This document shows, piece after piece, positions 17,324 through 27,106 of a DNA stretch of 64,000 bases. How positions within the stretch are numbered: position 1 is the stretch's first letter; every line of letters begins with the position of its first letter. Under the pieces are notes generated by a model. The model did not search any database. It was not told where the DNA came from and was given only the letters and a program-made list of their open reading frames with translations. The position numbers were made by a program, and so were the translations under genes. The DNA lies in contig JAKQGX010000035.1 in assembly GCA_029573235.1 (NCBI GenBank), positions 9,367 through 73,366 of the forward strand. Direction: 5' to 3'. Source of the DNA: Bacteroidota bacterium. Its GTDB lineage: Bacteria > Bacteroidota > Bacteroidia > Chitinophagales > Chitinophagaceae.

Positions 17324-18616
17324 ATGTTTGGACCCATCACCAATAGCCAAACAGGATTACAAAAGACAACTACGTACAAGGTAGTTTTGCCTTTCTATAT
17401 GTATGCGGCGGTATCTTTTTTAATAGCGACGATACTGCTGCTCCTGCATACGGATATTTTTTCACAACATTATTTTCATCCCTATACCTTAGCCATCACC
17501 CATATCATGGCATTGGGTTGGGGCACCATGATTATTCTCGGGGCTTCGCACCAACTGCTGCCCGTATTGATAGAAGGCAAGCTGGACAGCGATTTGCTGG
17601 CATACCTCACCTTTATTTTTACGGCAATAGGGATACCTTTTTTAGTAGTCGGGTTTTATATCTTTCACGTGGGATGGGTGCTGCAAACAGGTGCGGTGTT
17701 GGTCAATATAGGTGTGCTCTGCTACCTATCCAATGTCATCAGCAGTATTTATGAAAGTAAAAAGCATGATGTGCATGCATGGTATATGGCGGCAGCATCC
17801 ATTTGGCTTTTCGTCACTACATTCTTCGGATTGTTGTTGGTACTTAATTTCAGTAAATCTTTCTTGCCGTCCGACTCTGTAACGTATTTGTCCCTTCATG
17901 CACACCTTGGTATTATTGGATGGTTTTTGTTGTTGGTAGTAGGTGTGGCATCACGGTTAATACCTATGTTCTTAATATCAAAATATACCAACGACAAAGC
18001 ATTGTGGCGCATCTTTATCTTTGTAAACGCAGGACTGGTAAGCTTTATAGGCTTTCGATGGGCTATGTTCTCACCTTTGTATTATTATGTTTCGTTAGTG
18101 TTGGTATTATTAGGCATCATATTGTTTGGTAAACATTGTTATCTTGCCTATAAGGTTCGCATTCGTAAAAGTGTAGATGAGCAGATGAAGATATCGTTAT
18201 TATCGGTTGGGCAAATGCTTCTTCCTGTAATATCGCTTTGTGTGGTCTTATTCTTCTTGCCTGATAATAAGGGTACCTCTATATCCTTGTTGTATGGTTT
18301 CTGTATTTTCTTTGGTTGGTTAACTGCCATCATACTTGGTATGACCTTTAAGACCTTGCCATTCATCGTATGGAATAGGGTGTATCATGAACGCGCATAC
18401 GAAGGAGCTACGCCGGTACCCAAAGAACTTTTCAGTGAAAAACTATTTAACAGTATGAGTATTGCGTACCTTATCGGTTTTATAATATTTGCAATCGGTA
18501 TTACTCTGCAAAGCAGTGTGTGGCTGAAGTCCGGAGCTATAGCCTTGTTGGTAGCAGCAATATTATATGTTTTCAATACTGGCATTACCATATTTCACCA
18601 ACCTAAAAAACAATGA
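17324..18616 (+). CDS. Uncharacterised 12-TM His-rich membrane protein (heme-copper-oxidase subunit I-like / NnrS-like)
   Basis: 430 aa with about 12 hydrophobic spans. Conserved-looking His in TM helices (ITHIMALGWGTMIILGASHQLLPVL; SLHAHLGIIGWFLLL). Overlaps the next gene by 4 nt. Confidence 0.5.
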   Translation: MFGPITNSQTGLQKTTTYKVVLPFYMYAAVSFLIATILLLLHTDIFSQHYFHPYTLAITHIMALGWGTMIILGASHQLLPVLIEGKLDSDLLAYLTFIFTAIGIPFLVVGFYIFHVGWVLQTGAVLVNIGVLCYLSNVISSIYESKKHDVHAWYMAAASIWLFVTTFFGLLLVLNFSKSFLPSDSVTYLSLHAHLGIIGWFLLLVVGVASRLIPMFLISKYTNDKALWRIFIFVNAGLVSFIGFRWAMFSPLYYYVSLVLVLLGIILFGKHCYLAYKVRIRKSVDEQMKISLLSVGQMLLPVISLCVVLFFLPDNKGTSISLLYGFCIFFGWLTAIILGMTFKTLPFIVWNRVYHERAYEGATPVPKELFSEKLFNSMSIAYLIGFIIFAIGITLQSSVWLKSGAIALLVAAILYVFNTGITIFHQPKKQ

Positions 18617-18936
18617 ACGTAATAACTAACGATAGTATTAAATGTACGCTGGCACTGTCTGGCTTGTATAATGTATATGACCCGGAAATCGGATTGAACG
18701 TGGTCGATTTAGGTTTGATTTATCAAATAGATTTCGACGAAATGGAAAAAAAGATTGATGCGCAGATGACTCTCACCACACAGTTTTGCCCGATGGGAGA
18801 GAGCATTACCGGCAATGTTACTCAATCATTAATGAGTGCTTTCCCAGAATGGCAAGTACATGTGAACCTCACCTTTGAGCCGCCATGGGATTACTCAAAA
18901 ATTTCACGAGAAGGTCAAGAATTTTTAGGGAGGTAA
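18613..18936 (+). CDS. DUF59 / SufT-like Fe-S assembly protein
   Basis: 107 aa. VYDPEIGLNVVDLGLIY and TTQFCPMG motifs are typical of the DUF59 (MIP18/SufT) family. Confidence 0.8.
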   Translation: MNVITNDSIKCTLALSGLYNVYDPEIGLNVVDLGLIYQIDFDEMEKKIDAQMTLTTQFCPMGESITGNVTQSLMSAFPEWQVHVNLTFEPPWDYSKISREGQEFLGR

Positions 18937-18940
18937 TATC

Positions 18941-19372
18941 ATGTTTAGTCTTACTTGCAAAACCGCCATCAAAGCTGTTATTTATCTTTCTTGCAAAAGT
19001 GCTTCCGGAGAAAAGACCGGGCTGAAAGAAGTGGCTGAACAGATAAATGCCAGCGAACATACTGTTGGCAAAATTTTACAATCATTAGCACGGCTGGGTT
19101 ATATTAATAGTGTGAAAGGCCCGGCTGGAGGTTTTTATATTAATGATGAGCAACAGCAACAACCGATTTCGAATATAGTAGAAGCCATCGAGGGAACCGG
19201 TGTGTTTAAAGAGTGCGGATTGGGGCTTAGCAAATGCTCTGCAACGCACCCATGCCCTATACATAACGAATATAAAGTGGCACGGGAGCTTATTGAAAAA
19301 TTGTTTCGAGAAAAGCGGGTGATGGATTTGTGTGACCCCGTAACGAATGGACTCGCCTATTTGATGGATTGA
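18941..19372 (+). CDS. Rrf2-family transcriptional regulator (NsrR/IscR-like, three-Cys cluster site)
   Basis: 143 aa. N-terminal wHTH (CKTAIKAVIYLS...LKEVAEQINASEHTVGKILQSL) and CGLGLSKCSATHPC (C-x6-C-x5-C). Confidence 0.85.
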   Translation: MFSLTCKTAIKAVIYLSCKSASGEKTGLKEVAEQINASEHTVGKILQSLARLGYINSVKGPAGGFYINDEQQQQPISNIVEAIEGTGVFKECGLGLSKCSATHPCPIHNEYKVARELIEKLFREKRVMDLCDPVTNGLAYLMD

Positions 19373-19463
19373 TGGCTCTTTTAGTCTATTGATTATTGGC
19401 TTTTTATTAAAAGAATTGAAAGCAGTTTTAACTACTTTTGAGCAATTTTTTTAGAACGCGATA

Positions 19464-19964
19464 ATGAGTAGAAGCATATATGTAGCGGTATTGGCACTGG
19501 TGAGTTTGCTGTTGTTTGGATGTCCATATGAATCAAAAATACCGATTAGCCGACCCACCGAAAAAGTAAACAATAGCCTTTTGGGAACTTGGGAAAGCGA
19601 AGATGAAGTGTACAATACCTACATTATTACAGCGGCTGGTACGCATGAATACCATATCGAGCAACGCACCTCCGACGGGCAACGATATCAATACACCGGC
19701 TTTGTATCGGTAGTTAGAGGAGCTACTTTTTTGAATGCCTATGATGCTAAAGAGAAGGTATATTACCTCTATCGTTTGAAAATTGATTCCTCCTCCCGAA
19801 CGGTTACGGTCATGCCTTTTGCCAAGGAATTGCCTTACAAATTTACCGATACTACAGAGTTGAATAAGTACGTATGGCGCAGTATGAACTTGCGTGACTT
19901 TTATGATATTGGCGAACAAGCTGTGTATCGCTGGGTGAGACCTGCAGAAGCTAGCAATAATTAG
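19464..19964 (+). CDS. Hypothetical lipoprotein
   Basis: 166 aa. Signal/lipobox LLLFGC. No recognisable family. Confidence 0.5.
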   Translation: MSRSIYVAVLALVSLLLFGCPYESKIPISRPTEKVNNSLLGTWESEDEVYNTYIITAAGTHEYHIEQRTSDGQRYQYTGFVSVVRGATFLNAYDAKEKVYYLYRLKIDSSSRTVTVMPFAKELPYKFTDTTELNKYVWRSMNLRDFYDIGEQAVYRWVRPAEASNN

Positions 19965-20710
19965 TTGCTCCGACGGGAATAATAGCTTTCGAGCACCCTG
20001 TAAAAATCTTGAAGGGTAAAGTCGTCAGATTTCCACTCGTAAGGTGTGGCAACCGTTTTTTCAAGCCATTCAATAGCATCCTCCGTTTTGTTGAAATACA
20101 TTAATTCATTGAGCACTTCTTCATAAGCTTCTTTGTTGTTATGGAAGAGTTCGTCAATGAAAATGAATTTCTCATTGATACCGATATATTTTCGGATATC
20201 ATCTCTAGGTTTGGTTGGTTGCGGTGGAGCCGGTGTGGTGTCTATTTCTTGTAGTCGCTCTACCTCCGATGAAAAATAGGGGGTAGTAATTGGTGTGGTG
20301 ATTATAGGTATATTGGAGTTGTTTGAGATTGTAGTAAGCACTTCATTTTTTTCTTCAATTGCATCAACATCATCTTGAATAGTAGTTTCCGGTTCTTGTT
20401 CATAAGCCGCCGCCAGTTCTTCTAAGGTAGGTTCGTAGATGGCCGATGTAGTATGATTGTTTTCATTAGGATTGGGCGATACATCTACAGTGGGTAAGGG
20501 CTGTGTTTTGCTTTCTGCAGCGATACTATTATTATCATTCATTTCAGCTAGGGGTACAAAAGATAAAGGTGCTACTTTGCTTCGCCAATTTAACAAATCT
20601 GCATACAGTACTCTCGTGTAATCCAACATTAGGTCTATATCAATTGCCGTAACGTTATTTCTACGCTGTAGTGCTTCAATCTTTTCAAGTAAGGTGCTGA
20701 TTCTTTCCAT
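19961..20710 (-). CDS. Hypothetical protein
   Basis: 249 aa. Structured N- and C-terminal parts separated by a low-complexity Pro/Thr/Asn linker. Convergent 4-nt overlap with the previous gene. Confidence 0.5.
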   Translation of the reverse strand: MERISTLLEKIEALQRRNNVTAIDIDLMLDYTRVLYADLLNWRSKVAPLSFVPLAEMNDNNSIAAESKTQPLPTVDVSPNPNENNHTTSAIYEPTLEELAAAYEQEPETTIQDDVDAIEEKNEVLTTISNNSNIPIITTPITTPYFSSEVERLQEIDTTPAPPQPTKPRDDIRKYIGINEKFIFIDELFHNNKEAYEEVLNELMYFNKTEDAIEWLEKTVATPYEWKSDDFTLQDFYRVLESYYSRRSN

Positions 20711-20848
20711 AGCAGTTTATTGTTGAAGAGTAGAACAAATTTATTGTATTAATCCATATTGACTTCAGGTAAATAACCTTCTCTAATAATTATTAACAGT
20801 AGACAAGCAGTAGTGTTTGCTACGATGCTGTATATGTTTGATATCTAC

Positions 20849-20883
20849 AAAAAAATAGCGGAGGGCGATAATGCTCTCCGCTA
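20849..20883 (-). terminator. Rho-independent terminator after the acyl-CoA dehydrogenase
   Basis: Stem TAGCGGAG/CTCCGCTA followed on the minus strand by 7 T. Confidence 0.8.
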
Positions 20884-20909
20884 CTACGAGTGTTTATGTT
20901 TAAAATGAT

Positions 20910-22088
20910 TTATTTAAAAGCATTGATACCGGTTACATCCATTCCGGTAATCAGCAAATGGATGTCGTGTGTCCCTTCGTAAGTAATCACCGACTCCAAA
21001 TTCATCATATGCCTCATGATGCTAAATTCTCCGGTAATACCCATTCCACCCAACATTTGACGGGCTTCGCGAGCAATGGTCACAGCCGTATGACAGCTGT
21101 TTCTTTTTGCCATCGATATTTGTGCCGGTGTTGCTCTATCATCATTTCTAAGAACGCCAAGGCGCCAGTTGAGCAATTGTGCCTTGGTAATTTCGGTAAT
21201 CATTTCAGCCAGTTTCTTTTGTTGCAATTGAAAGGCAGCTATGGGTTTGCCAAATTGGATGCGTTGCAATGAATAACGAAGGGCAGTGTCGTAACAATCC
21301 ATAGCACTACCCAATGCACCCCAAGCTATACCGTATCGGGCACTGGACAGGCAGGTCAAAGGACCTTTTAACCCTTTTACACCCGGCAAAATATTTTCTT
21401 TTGGAACTTTTACATTGTCAAATACCAACTCGCCGGTTGCAGATGCACGAAGGCTCCATTTGCCATGCGTTTCGGGAGTGGTGAATCCTTCCATGCCGCG
21501 CTCCAAAATCATTCCATGAATTTCTCCTTGTTCATTCTTTGCCCATACTACGGCCACTTGTGCAAAAGGCGCATTGGAAATCCACATTTTTGCACCGTTT
21601 AGTATGACATGGTCACCCGCATCTGTAAATCGAGTTTCCATGCTGGAGGGGTCTGAGCCATGGTTGGGTTCTGTGAGTCCAAAGCAGCCCATCCATTCAC
21701 CGGTTGCTAATTTGGGAAGGTATTTGGCTTTTTGTTCTTCGCTACCAAACTTATAAATCGGAAACATGACAAGAGAACCTTGTACAGAAGCTGTAGAGCG
21801 GACACCGGAGTCGCAGCGCTCCAGCTCTTGCATCATAATACCGTAAGAAATATAATCTAAGCCGGCACCACCATATTTTTGAGGTACAAATGGTCCAAAA
21901 CAACCCAATTCACCCAACCCTTTGATTATTTGTTCGGGGAAGGCTGCGTTTTGGGCATATTCTTCAATAATCGGGGAGATTTCCTTTTTTACATACGCGC
22001 GAACACTATCTCGTATCAATTTGTGCTCGTCTGTCAATAATTCATCTAATAGATAGTAATCGGGGTGTTGATATAAGTCTTTTTCCAT
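20910..22088 (-). CDS. Acyl-CoA dehydrogenase, glutaryl-CoA dehydrogenase-like
   Basis: 392 aa. CFGLTEPNHGSDPSSMETR and C-terminal YEGTHDIH are typical of the GCDH subgroup of acyl-CoA dehydrogenases. Confidence 0.8.
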   Translation of the reverse strand: MEKDLYQHPDYYLLDELLTDEHKLIRDSVRAYVKKEISPIIEEYAQNAAFPEQIIKGLGELGCFGPFVPQKYGGAGLDYISYGIMMQELERCDSGVRSTASVQGSLVMFPIYKFGSEEQKAKYLPKLATGEWMGCFGLTEPNHGSDPSSMETRFTDAGDHVILNGAKMWISNAPFAQVAVVWAKNEQGEIHGMILERGMEGFTTPETHGKWSLRASATGELVFDNVKVPKENILPGVKGLKGPLTCLSSARYGIAWGALGSAMDCYDTALRYSLQRIQFGKPIAAFQLQQKKLAEMITEITKAQLLNWRLGVLRNDDRATPAQISMAKRNSCHTAVTIAREARQMLGGMGITGEFSIMRHMMNLESVITYEGTHDIHLLITGMDVTGINAFK

Positions 22089-22120
22089 TTTTCTTGTTAA
22101 AGAATGACAAAATACGGACG

Positions 22121-22128
22121 CAAAGGTA
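22121..22128 (-). promoter_or_regulatory. Candidate -7 box TACCTTTG for the glutaryl-CoA dehydrogenase-like gene
   Basis: The minus strand reads GCTACCTTTGCGTCCG, 32 nt upstream of ATG 22088. Confidence 0.45.
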
Positions 22129-22415
22129 GCATTTTTGACATATCATTTTAATTTTGTGCCAGAATTGCTCAAAACAAGTGAATAGGACATTGTTATTTAC
22201 TTATAAGTATTTATCATAACTTTTTTATCCCTTGCTGGCAGCATCATTGCGTATTTTTACCAATTATTTTATTATTAATTAGCACGATAGGTATAATTTT
22301 TGTGCAATTGTTTGAGCGTTTTTATTAGGATTTTTTTACAAACCTTTTCTCTTATTTACGCGTCTGATTAATTTGTAAACGTTATTTATCAATATAATAA
22401 ATCTGATATTTTTCT

Positions 22416-23273
22416 ATGAGGCAGTTAAAAATAGCAACCCAGATAACCAACAGAGATTCGCAGGCAGTTGAAAAGTATTTGCAGGAAATCAGTAAAATCT
22501 CCATGATAACCCCCGAGGAAGAAACGACTTTGGCGCAGAAGATACACATGGGTGACCAATGGGCTTTAGAAAAACTGGTAAAATCGAACCTCCGCTTTGT
22601 AGTATCAGTTGCCAAACAGTACCAACACCAAGGGCTTTCTTTGAGCGATTTGATAAACGAAGGAAACTTAGGTTTGATAAAAGCAGCGCAACGTTTTGAT
22701 GAAACCAAAGGGTTTAAATTTATCTCTTATGCAGTATGGTGGATTCGCCAGTCTATCTTGCAAGCATTGGCCGAGCAAGGGCGTTTAGTCCGCTTACCAC
22801 AAAACAAAATTGGTACATACAACAAGGCTAACAAAGCTTACATTGCTTTTGAACAAGAGCACGAACGCGAACCATCTACTGAAGAACTAGCAGAAATTTT
22901 GGACATGAGCGAAACCGAAGTTACTAATATTTTCACCAGCAACACACGCCACACGTCTTTGGATGCACCCGTTCACGAAGCGGAAGATGTAGCGATGGGC
23001 GACTTATTGGAAGGTAGCAGCGATACGGATGATAATGTGATGAAAGATTCTTTGAGAAATGAAATCAACCGTATCTTGAAAACCTTGAGCGTGAGAGAGG
23101 CTGAAATATTGGGTGCCTATTTTGGGTTAGATGGTGATGCCGGTACTACCATTGAAGAAATTGGCGACAAATACGACCTTACCAAAGAGCGTATCCGCCA
23201 AATAAAAGAAAGAGCAATTAAGCGATTGCAAAAAGCACGTTATAGCAATGCGTTAAAAGTGTATTTGGGATAA
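22416..23273 (+). CDS. rpoD: Primary RNA polymerase sigma factor (short Bacteroidota SigA/RpoD type)
   Basis: 285 aa. Region 2 (LIKAAQRFDETKGFKFISYAVWWIRQSI), region 3, and region 4 (TIEEIGDKYDLTKERIRQIKERAIKRL). Confidence 0.92.
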   Translation: MRQLKIATQITNRDSQAVEKYLQEISKISMITPEEETTLAQKIHMGDQWALEKLVKSNLRFVVSVAKQYQHQGLSLSDLINEGNLGLIKAAQRFDETKGFKFISYAVWWIRQSILQALAEQGRLVRLPQNKIGTYNKANKAYIAFEQEHEREPSTEELAEILDMSETEVTNIFTSNTRHTSLDAPVHEAEDVAMGDLLEGSSDTDDNVMKDSLRNEINRILKTLSVREAEILGAYFGLDGDAGTTIEEIGDKYDLTKERIRQIKERAIKRLQKARYSNALKVYLG

Positions 23274-23331
23274 ATACTGTACGAAATAATCAGGGGCTAA
23301 TAACACTCATACAGTGATATCCTGAAAAAGT

Positions 23332-23364
23332 AAGAGGCTGTTCTATTTAGACAGCCTCTTTTTG
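23332..23364 (+). terminator. Rho-independent terminator after rpoD (hairpin shared with convergent pgk)
   Basis: 10-bp stem AAGAGGCTGT/ACAGCCTCTT followed by TTTT. Confidence 0.8.
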
Positions 23365-23381
23365 TTGGTTAACACTCAATA

Positions 23382-24593
23382 TTAGCTTTTTATTGCCACA
23401 ATTCCCGGCAATGCTTTCCCTTCAAAAAACTCTAATAAGGCGCCACCACCGGTTGATACATAACTCACTTTATCTTGGTAGCCGAACTTATTCACCGCTG
23501 CTACACTATCGCCACCTCCCACTAGTGAATAAGCACCCGATTCAGTAGCAGCAGCTACGGCGTCAGCGATGCATTTGGTGCCATGTTGAAATTTGTCCAT
23601 TTCAAACACTCCCATGGGACCATTCCAAAGTATGGTTTTAGAATTTTTAATTACATGAGCGAAACTATCACATGCTAATTGCCCAATGTCCAATCCCATC
23701 CATCCGTCGGGTATTGCGGTATTAGGTGCTGAGGAAATATTGGCGTTGTTGTCAAATTTATCGGCAATGATACTGTCTTGAGGAAGGTGAATTTGCACTC
23801 CTTTTTCTTTGGCTTTTTGTAATAAGGCTGTAGCCGTTTCAAGACGATCATCTTCGCAAAGAGAGGTGCCTATCTTGCCTCCTTGTGCTTTGAAAAAAGT
23901 GTACGACATGCCACCACCGATAATAATATCGGTTGCTTTTTCTAATAAATTTTCAATGATGAGAATTTTATCAGACACTTTTGCTCCGCCAATAATAGCC
24001 GTAAATGGCTTTTGCGTTTGATGCAATACTCTTTCGCCGGCAGCAATTTCTCCTTCCATCAAAAAGCCAAACATTTTATCAGAAGCATTGAAATTTTCAG
24101 CAATGATGGCAGTAGATGCATGTGCGCGATGTGCTGTACCAAAGGCATCGTTGACATACACTTGTCCCATTGCTGCCAGTTTCTTAGCGAAGTCGGCATC
24201 TCCTTTTTCTTCTTCCTTATAGTAACGGAGGTTATTAAGCAATAATACTTCTCCCGATTTCAGTTGCTGTGCTTTTTGATATGCTTCTTCGCTGATGGCA
24301 TCTTCTGCAAACTGAACGTCTTTTTGTAATAAGGTTGCCAAATGCTGGGCAACGGGAGCCAATGAAAAATCAGCAAGGGTGAGATGGGGCTTTTTAGCCA
24401 TGTCTTTGGCGGGTCTTCCCAGGTGGCTCATCAGCACGATGCTACCTCCATCTTGTAGTATTTTATTAATAGTCGGTAATGCCGCTTTAATTCGCGTATC
24501 ATCGGTTATTATTCCTTCTTTGATAGGCACGTTGAAGTCCACACGTACCAAGGCTCTTTTTCCGGCAAATGAATATTGATTAAACTGGCTCAT
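23382..24593 (-). CDS. pgk: Phosphoglycerate kinase
   Basis: [19 protein letters not shown] and GGGDS motifs. Start set at ATG 24593 ([13 protein letters not shown]), 14 codons inside the ORF. Confidence 0.95.
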   Translation of the reverse strand: MSQFNQYSFAGKRALVRVDFNVPIKEGIITDDTRIKAALPTINKILQDGGSIVLMSHLGRPAKDMAKKPHLTLADFSLAPVAQHLATLLQKDVQFAEDAISEEAYQKAQQLKSGEVLLLNNLRYYKEEEKGDADFAKKLAAMGQVYVNDAFGTAHRAHASTAIIAENFNASDKMFGFLMEGEIAAGERVLHQTQKPFTAIIGGAKVSDKILIIENLLEKATDIIIGGGMSYTFFKAQGGKIGTSLCEDDRLETATALLQKAKEKGVQIHLPQDSIIADKFDNNANISSAPNTAIPDGWMGLDIGQLACDSFAHVIKNSKTILWNGPMGVFEMDKFQHGTKCIADAVAAATESGAYSLVGGGDSVAAVNKFGYQDKVSYVSTGGGALLEFFEGKALPGIVAIKS

Positions 24594-24668
24594 TGATATT
24601 TTGAATGTGTTGGTGTGTAAAAAAGAAAACGCCACCTCAACGGCAGCGTTTATGAAAGATAATTTTAC

Positions 24669-25679
24669 TTACTTAATAAGACTTGCGAAATATTTCACGG
24701 TACGCACCAGTTGAGATACATAGCTCATTTCGTTATCATACCAGCTAACTGTTTTAACCACTTGATTATCGCCAACAGTTATCACCTTGGTTTGTGTAGC
24801 GTCAAACAAAGAGCCATAAGTTGTTCCAATCACATCAGAGCTTACAATTTCATCTTCGTTGTAACCAAAGCTTTCGTTGCTTGCATTTTTCATAGCAGCA
24901 TTGATTTCTTCAGCAGTTACTTTTTTACTCAATACGGTTACTAGTTCAGTTAAAGAACCGGTAATGGTTGGAACACGTTGTGCACCACCATCCAGTTTAC
25001 CTTTTAACTCAGGTAATACTAAGCCGATTGCTTTTGCTGCACCGGTAGAGTTCGGAACGATGTTAGAAGCAGCTGCACGCGCACGACGCAAATCTCCTTT
25101 TGGATGAGGAGCATCGAGCGTATTTTGATCATTTGTGTAAGCATGAATGGTTGTCATAGAACCGGCAAGTACTCCAAAGCTATCGTTCAACACTTTGGCC
25201 ATTGGTGCCAAGCAGTTGGTAGTACAAGAAGCGCAACTAATAATGGTTTCGCTACCGTCAAGAATATTATGGTTTACGTTGAATACAACTGTTTTTAAGT
25301 CACCGGTAGCAGGAGCTGAAATAACCACTCTTTTTGCGCCGGCAGTGATGTGTGCAGCCGCTTTTTCTGCATCTGTAAAAAAGCCCGTACATTCTAATAC
25401 TACATCTACTTGATGTTGTCCCCAAGGAATTTGAGCAGGATCTTTTTGAGCGTATATCTTGATTTCGTTACCATTCACAGTGATAGAATCGGTTCCGCTT
25501 TTTACGTCTTCGTTAAAGCGACCTTGTGCGCTATCATACTTTAATAAATGTGCTAAAACAGCAGGTTGCGTAAGATCGTTGATAGCGACTACATCAATAC
25601 CGTCAATGTTATGAATCTGACGAAACACAAGACGTCCGATGCGTCCGAAACCGTTGATGGCTACTTTTACTGTACTCAT
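24669..25679 (-). CDS. gap: Glyceraldehyde-3-phosphate dehydrogenase
   Basis: 336 aa. [18 protein letters not shown] active site and WYDNE motif. Confidence 0.96.
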   Translation of the reverse strand: MSTVKVAINGFGRIGRLVFRQIHNIDGIDVVAINDLTQPAVLAHLLKYDSAQGRFNEDVKSGTDSITVNGNEIKIYAQKDPAQIPWGQHQVDVVLECTGFFTDAEKAAAHITAGAKRVVISAPATGDLKTVVFNVNHNILDGSETIISCASCTTNCLAPMAKVLNDSFGVLAGSMTTIHAYTNDQNTLDAPHPKGDLRRARAAASNIVPNSTGAAKAIGLVLPELKGKLDGGAQRVPTITGSLTELVTVLSKKVTAEEINAAMKNASNESFGYNEDEIVSSDVIGTTYGSLFDATQTKVITVGDNQVVKTVSWYDNEMSYVSQLVRTVKYFASLIK

Positions 25680-25721
25680 TTTTATTATTTTTTTGGGGGG
25701 TTAATTTGTATAAAATTGGTG

Positions 25722-25729
25722 CAAAGGTA
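25722..25729 (-). promoter_or_regulatory. Candidate -7 box TACCTTTG for gap(-pgk)
   Basis: The minus strand reads CTTACCTTTGCACCAATTTT, 42 nt upstream of ATG 25679. Confidence 0.5.
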
Positions 25730-25825
25730 AGGGTATTTATTTAGAACTTATATGGCATGAAGAATAATAGAATGATACTGCGTTTTTTTTGTTGATAAGC
25801 AGCATTAATATTCATGACGATGTTG

Positions 25826-26305
25826 TTAATAGCGCTTTTTATCCACCTTTATTTTCCATGCTTCAAAAGTTTTTAAAGCAATTTCTCTATCTACTTGTTC
25901 TGCTTCAATGGCTCTCTGGTGTATGTCTTTTTGGATTTCTTCATAAATAAAAGCATCATCAAATTGGATTGCGGCAGCATCCATACGTGTACAAGCATAG
26001 TATATTTTTTTTACCCTCGCCCAATATAGAGCCGCCATACACATTGGGCAGGGTTCACAGGAAGTAAACACAATACAGTCGGTTAATTGAAAGTCGCCAA
26101 TAGCTTCACATGCTTGGCGAATGGCAACCACCTCGGCATGAGCAGTGGGGTCATTGTTGCAGAGTACTTTATTATTTCCTCTGCCGATAATCACGTTGTC
26201 GCGTACAATGATGGCACCAAAAGGGCCACCTTCATTATGGTTCATACCTTCCTCTGCCAGTCGGATTGCTTCTTGCATATAGCTTTTGATGCTTGCTTCA
26301 TCCAT
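25826..26305 (-). CDS. CDA-fold nucleoside/nucleobase deaminase, guanine deaminase (GuaD)-like
   Basis: 159 aa. GGPFGAIIV, DPTAHAEVVAIR and SCEPCPMC zinc motifs. End-to-end resemblance to the short Bacillus-type guanine deaminase. Confidence 0.75.
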   Translation of the reverse strand: MDEASIKSYMQEAIRLAEEGMNHNEGGPFGAIIVRDNVIIGRGNNKVLCNNDPTAHAEVVAIRQACEAIGDFQLTDCIVFTSCEPCPMCMAALYWARVKKIYYACTRMDAAAIQFDDAFIYEEIQKDIHQRAIEAEQVDREIALKTFEAWKIKVDKKRY

Positions 26306-26463
26306 AAGATTCTTGTTTTTGTAAAGATAACAGATGTTGTTGCTCCGAAATGTTTTGCAACCTATTGCTTATTTAGGTTCCATCCTTCTAATTTATCAAA
26401 ATGTCATAGTGCAAACAAGAGTTGAAATACTTGCCGTACATTTAGCGCTATTCCCGAATAAAT

Positions 26464-27087
26464 ATGTACCAACTGCCGCCTTTTGTAGAAGCGAATCAAG
26501 AAGCAATTTTTTCATTTATGAGTGAACATCCCTTTGCCTTGTTGATGGGTAGTGATTTAGCAGCTACACAAACACCACTCCTCTTACATCGTTCTGGCGA
26601 CACTATTGTTATCCGAGGGCATTATATGCGTGATACAGACCATTATTACTCCTTTAAAAATAATCCCGAAGTATTGGTCATGTTTCAAGGTCCGCAGTGT
26701 TATGTCAGTGCCGGCTGGTATAGCAAAAGAGGTATAGGAAGCACGTGGAATTATATGTCAGTACAAGCAAAAGCAACGCTGCGATTTTATGACGATGAGC
26801 AAACGCGCACCTTATTACAAGAACTTACACATCATTTTGAAGATGGTCGCCCCCAGCCGGAGTTAGTGGAGCATATGAGTGATGGATATATTAATAGTAG
26901 CCTGAAGGCAATAGTGGGTTTTGAGGCAGAGTTGCACAACGTAAGAGCCACCTTCAAACTAAGTCAAAACAGAGATGATGCCAGCTATATCCGTATTGTT
27001 CATGAGTTAGAATCCATTGGCAAGCCACAAGAACTCATGGTAGTGGCTGAAATGAAAAAGCGAAGACCTCATTTGTTTGAAGGATAA
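26464..27087 (+). CDS. FMN-binding PaiB-family protein
   Basis: 207 aa. The MYQLPPFVE... start and RATFKLSQNR motif are typical of PaiB-like proteins. Confidence 0.7.
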   Translation: MYQLPPFVEANQEAIFSFMSEHPFALLMGSDLAATQTPLLLHRSGDTIVIRGHYMRDTDHYYSFKNNPEVLVMFQGPQCYVSAGWYSKRGIGSTWNYMSVQAKATLRFYDDEQTRTLLQELTHHFEDGRPQPELVEHMSDGYINSSLKAIVGFEAELHNVRATFKLSQNRDDASYIRIVHELESIGKPQELMVVAEMKKRRPHLFEG

Positions 27088-27106
27088 GTTTTTTCGAAAG
27101 CTCATA

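Noticed and set aside
22089-22415. A 327-nt divergent intergenic region upstream of rpoD, examined for a -7 box or RNA element for rpoD.
   Set aside because: Only near-misses to TAnnTTTG were found on the rpoD side (TAATTTTTG, TTAATTTG). No convincing structure was found, so no rpoD promoter is called.
24619-24651. A short hairpin (AAACGC/GCGTTT) with a U tract between gap and pgk, a possible internal terminator.
   Set aside because: The stem is only 6 bp with a 13-nt loop, and no separate pgk promoter box was found. It is too weak to call, and gap-pgk co-transcription seems more likely.
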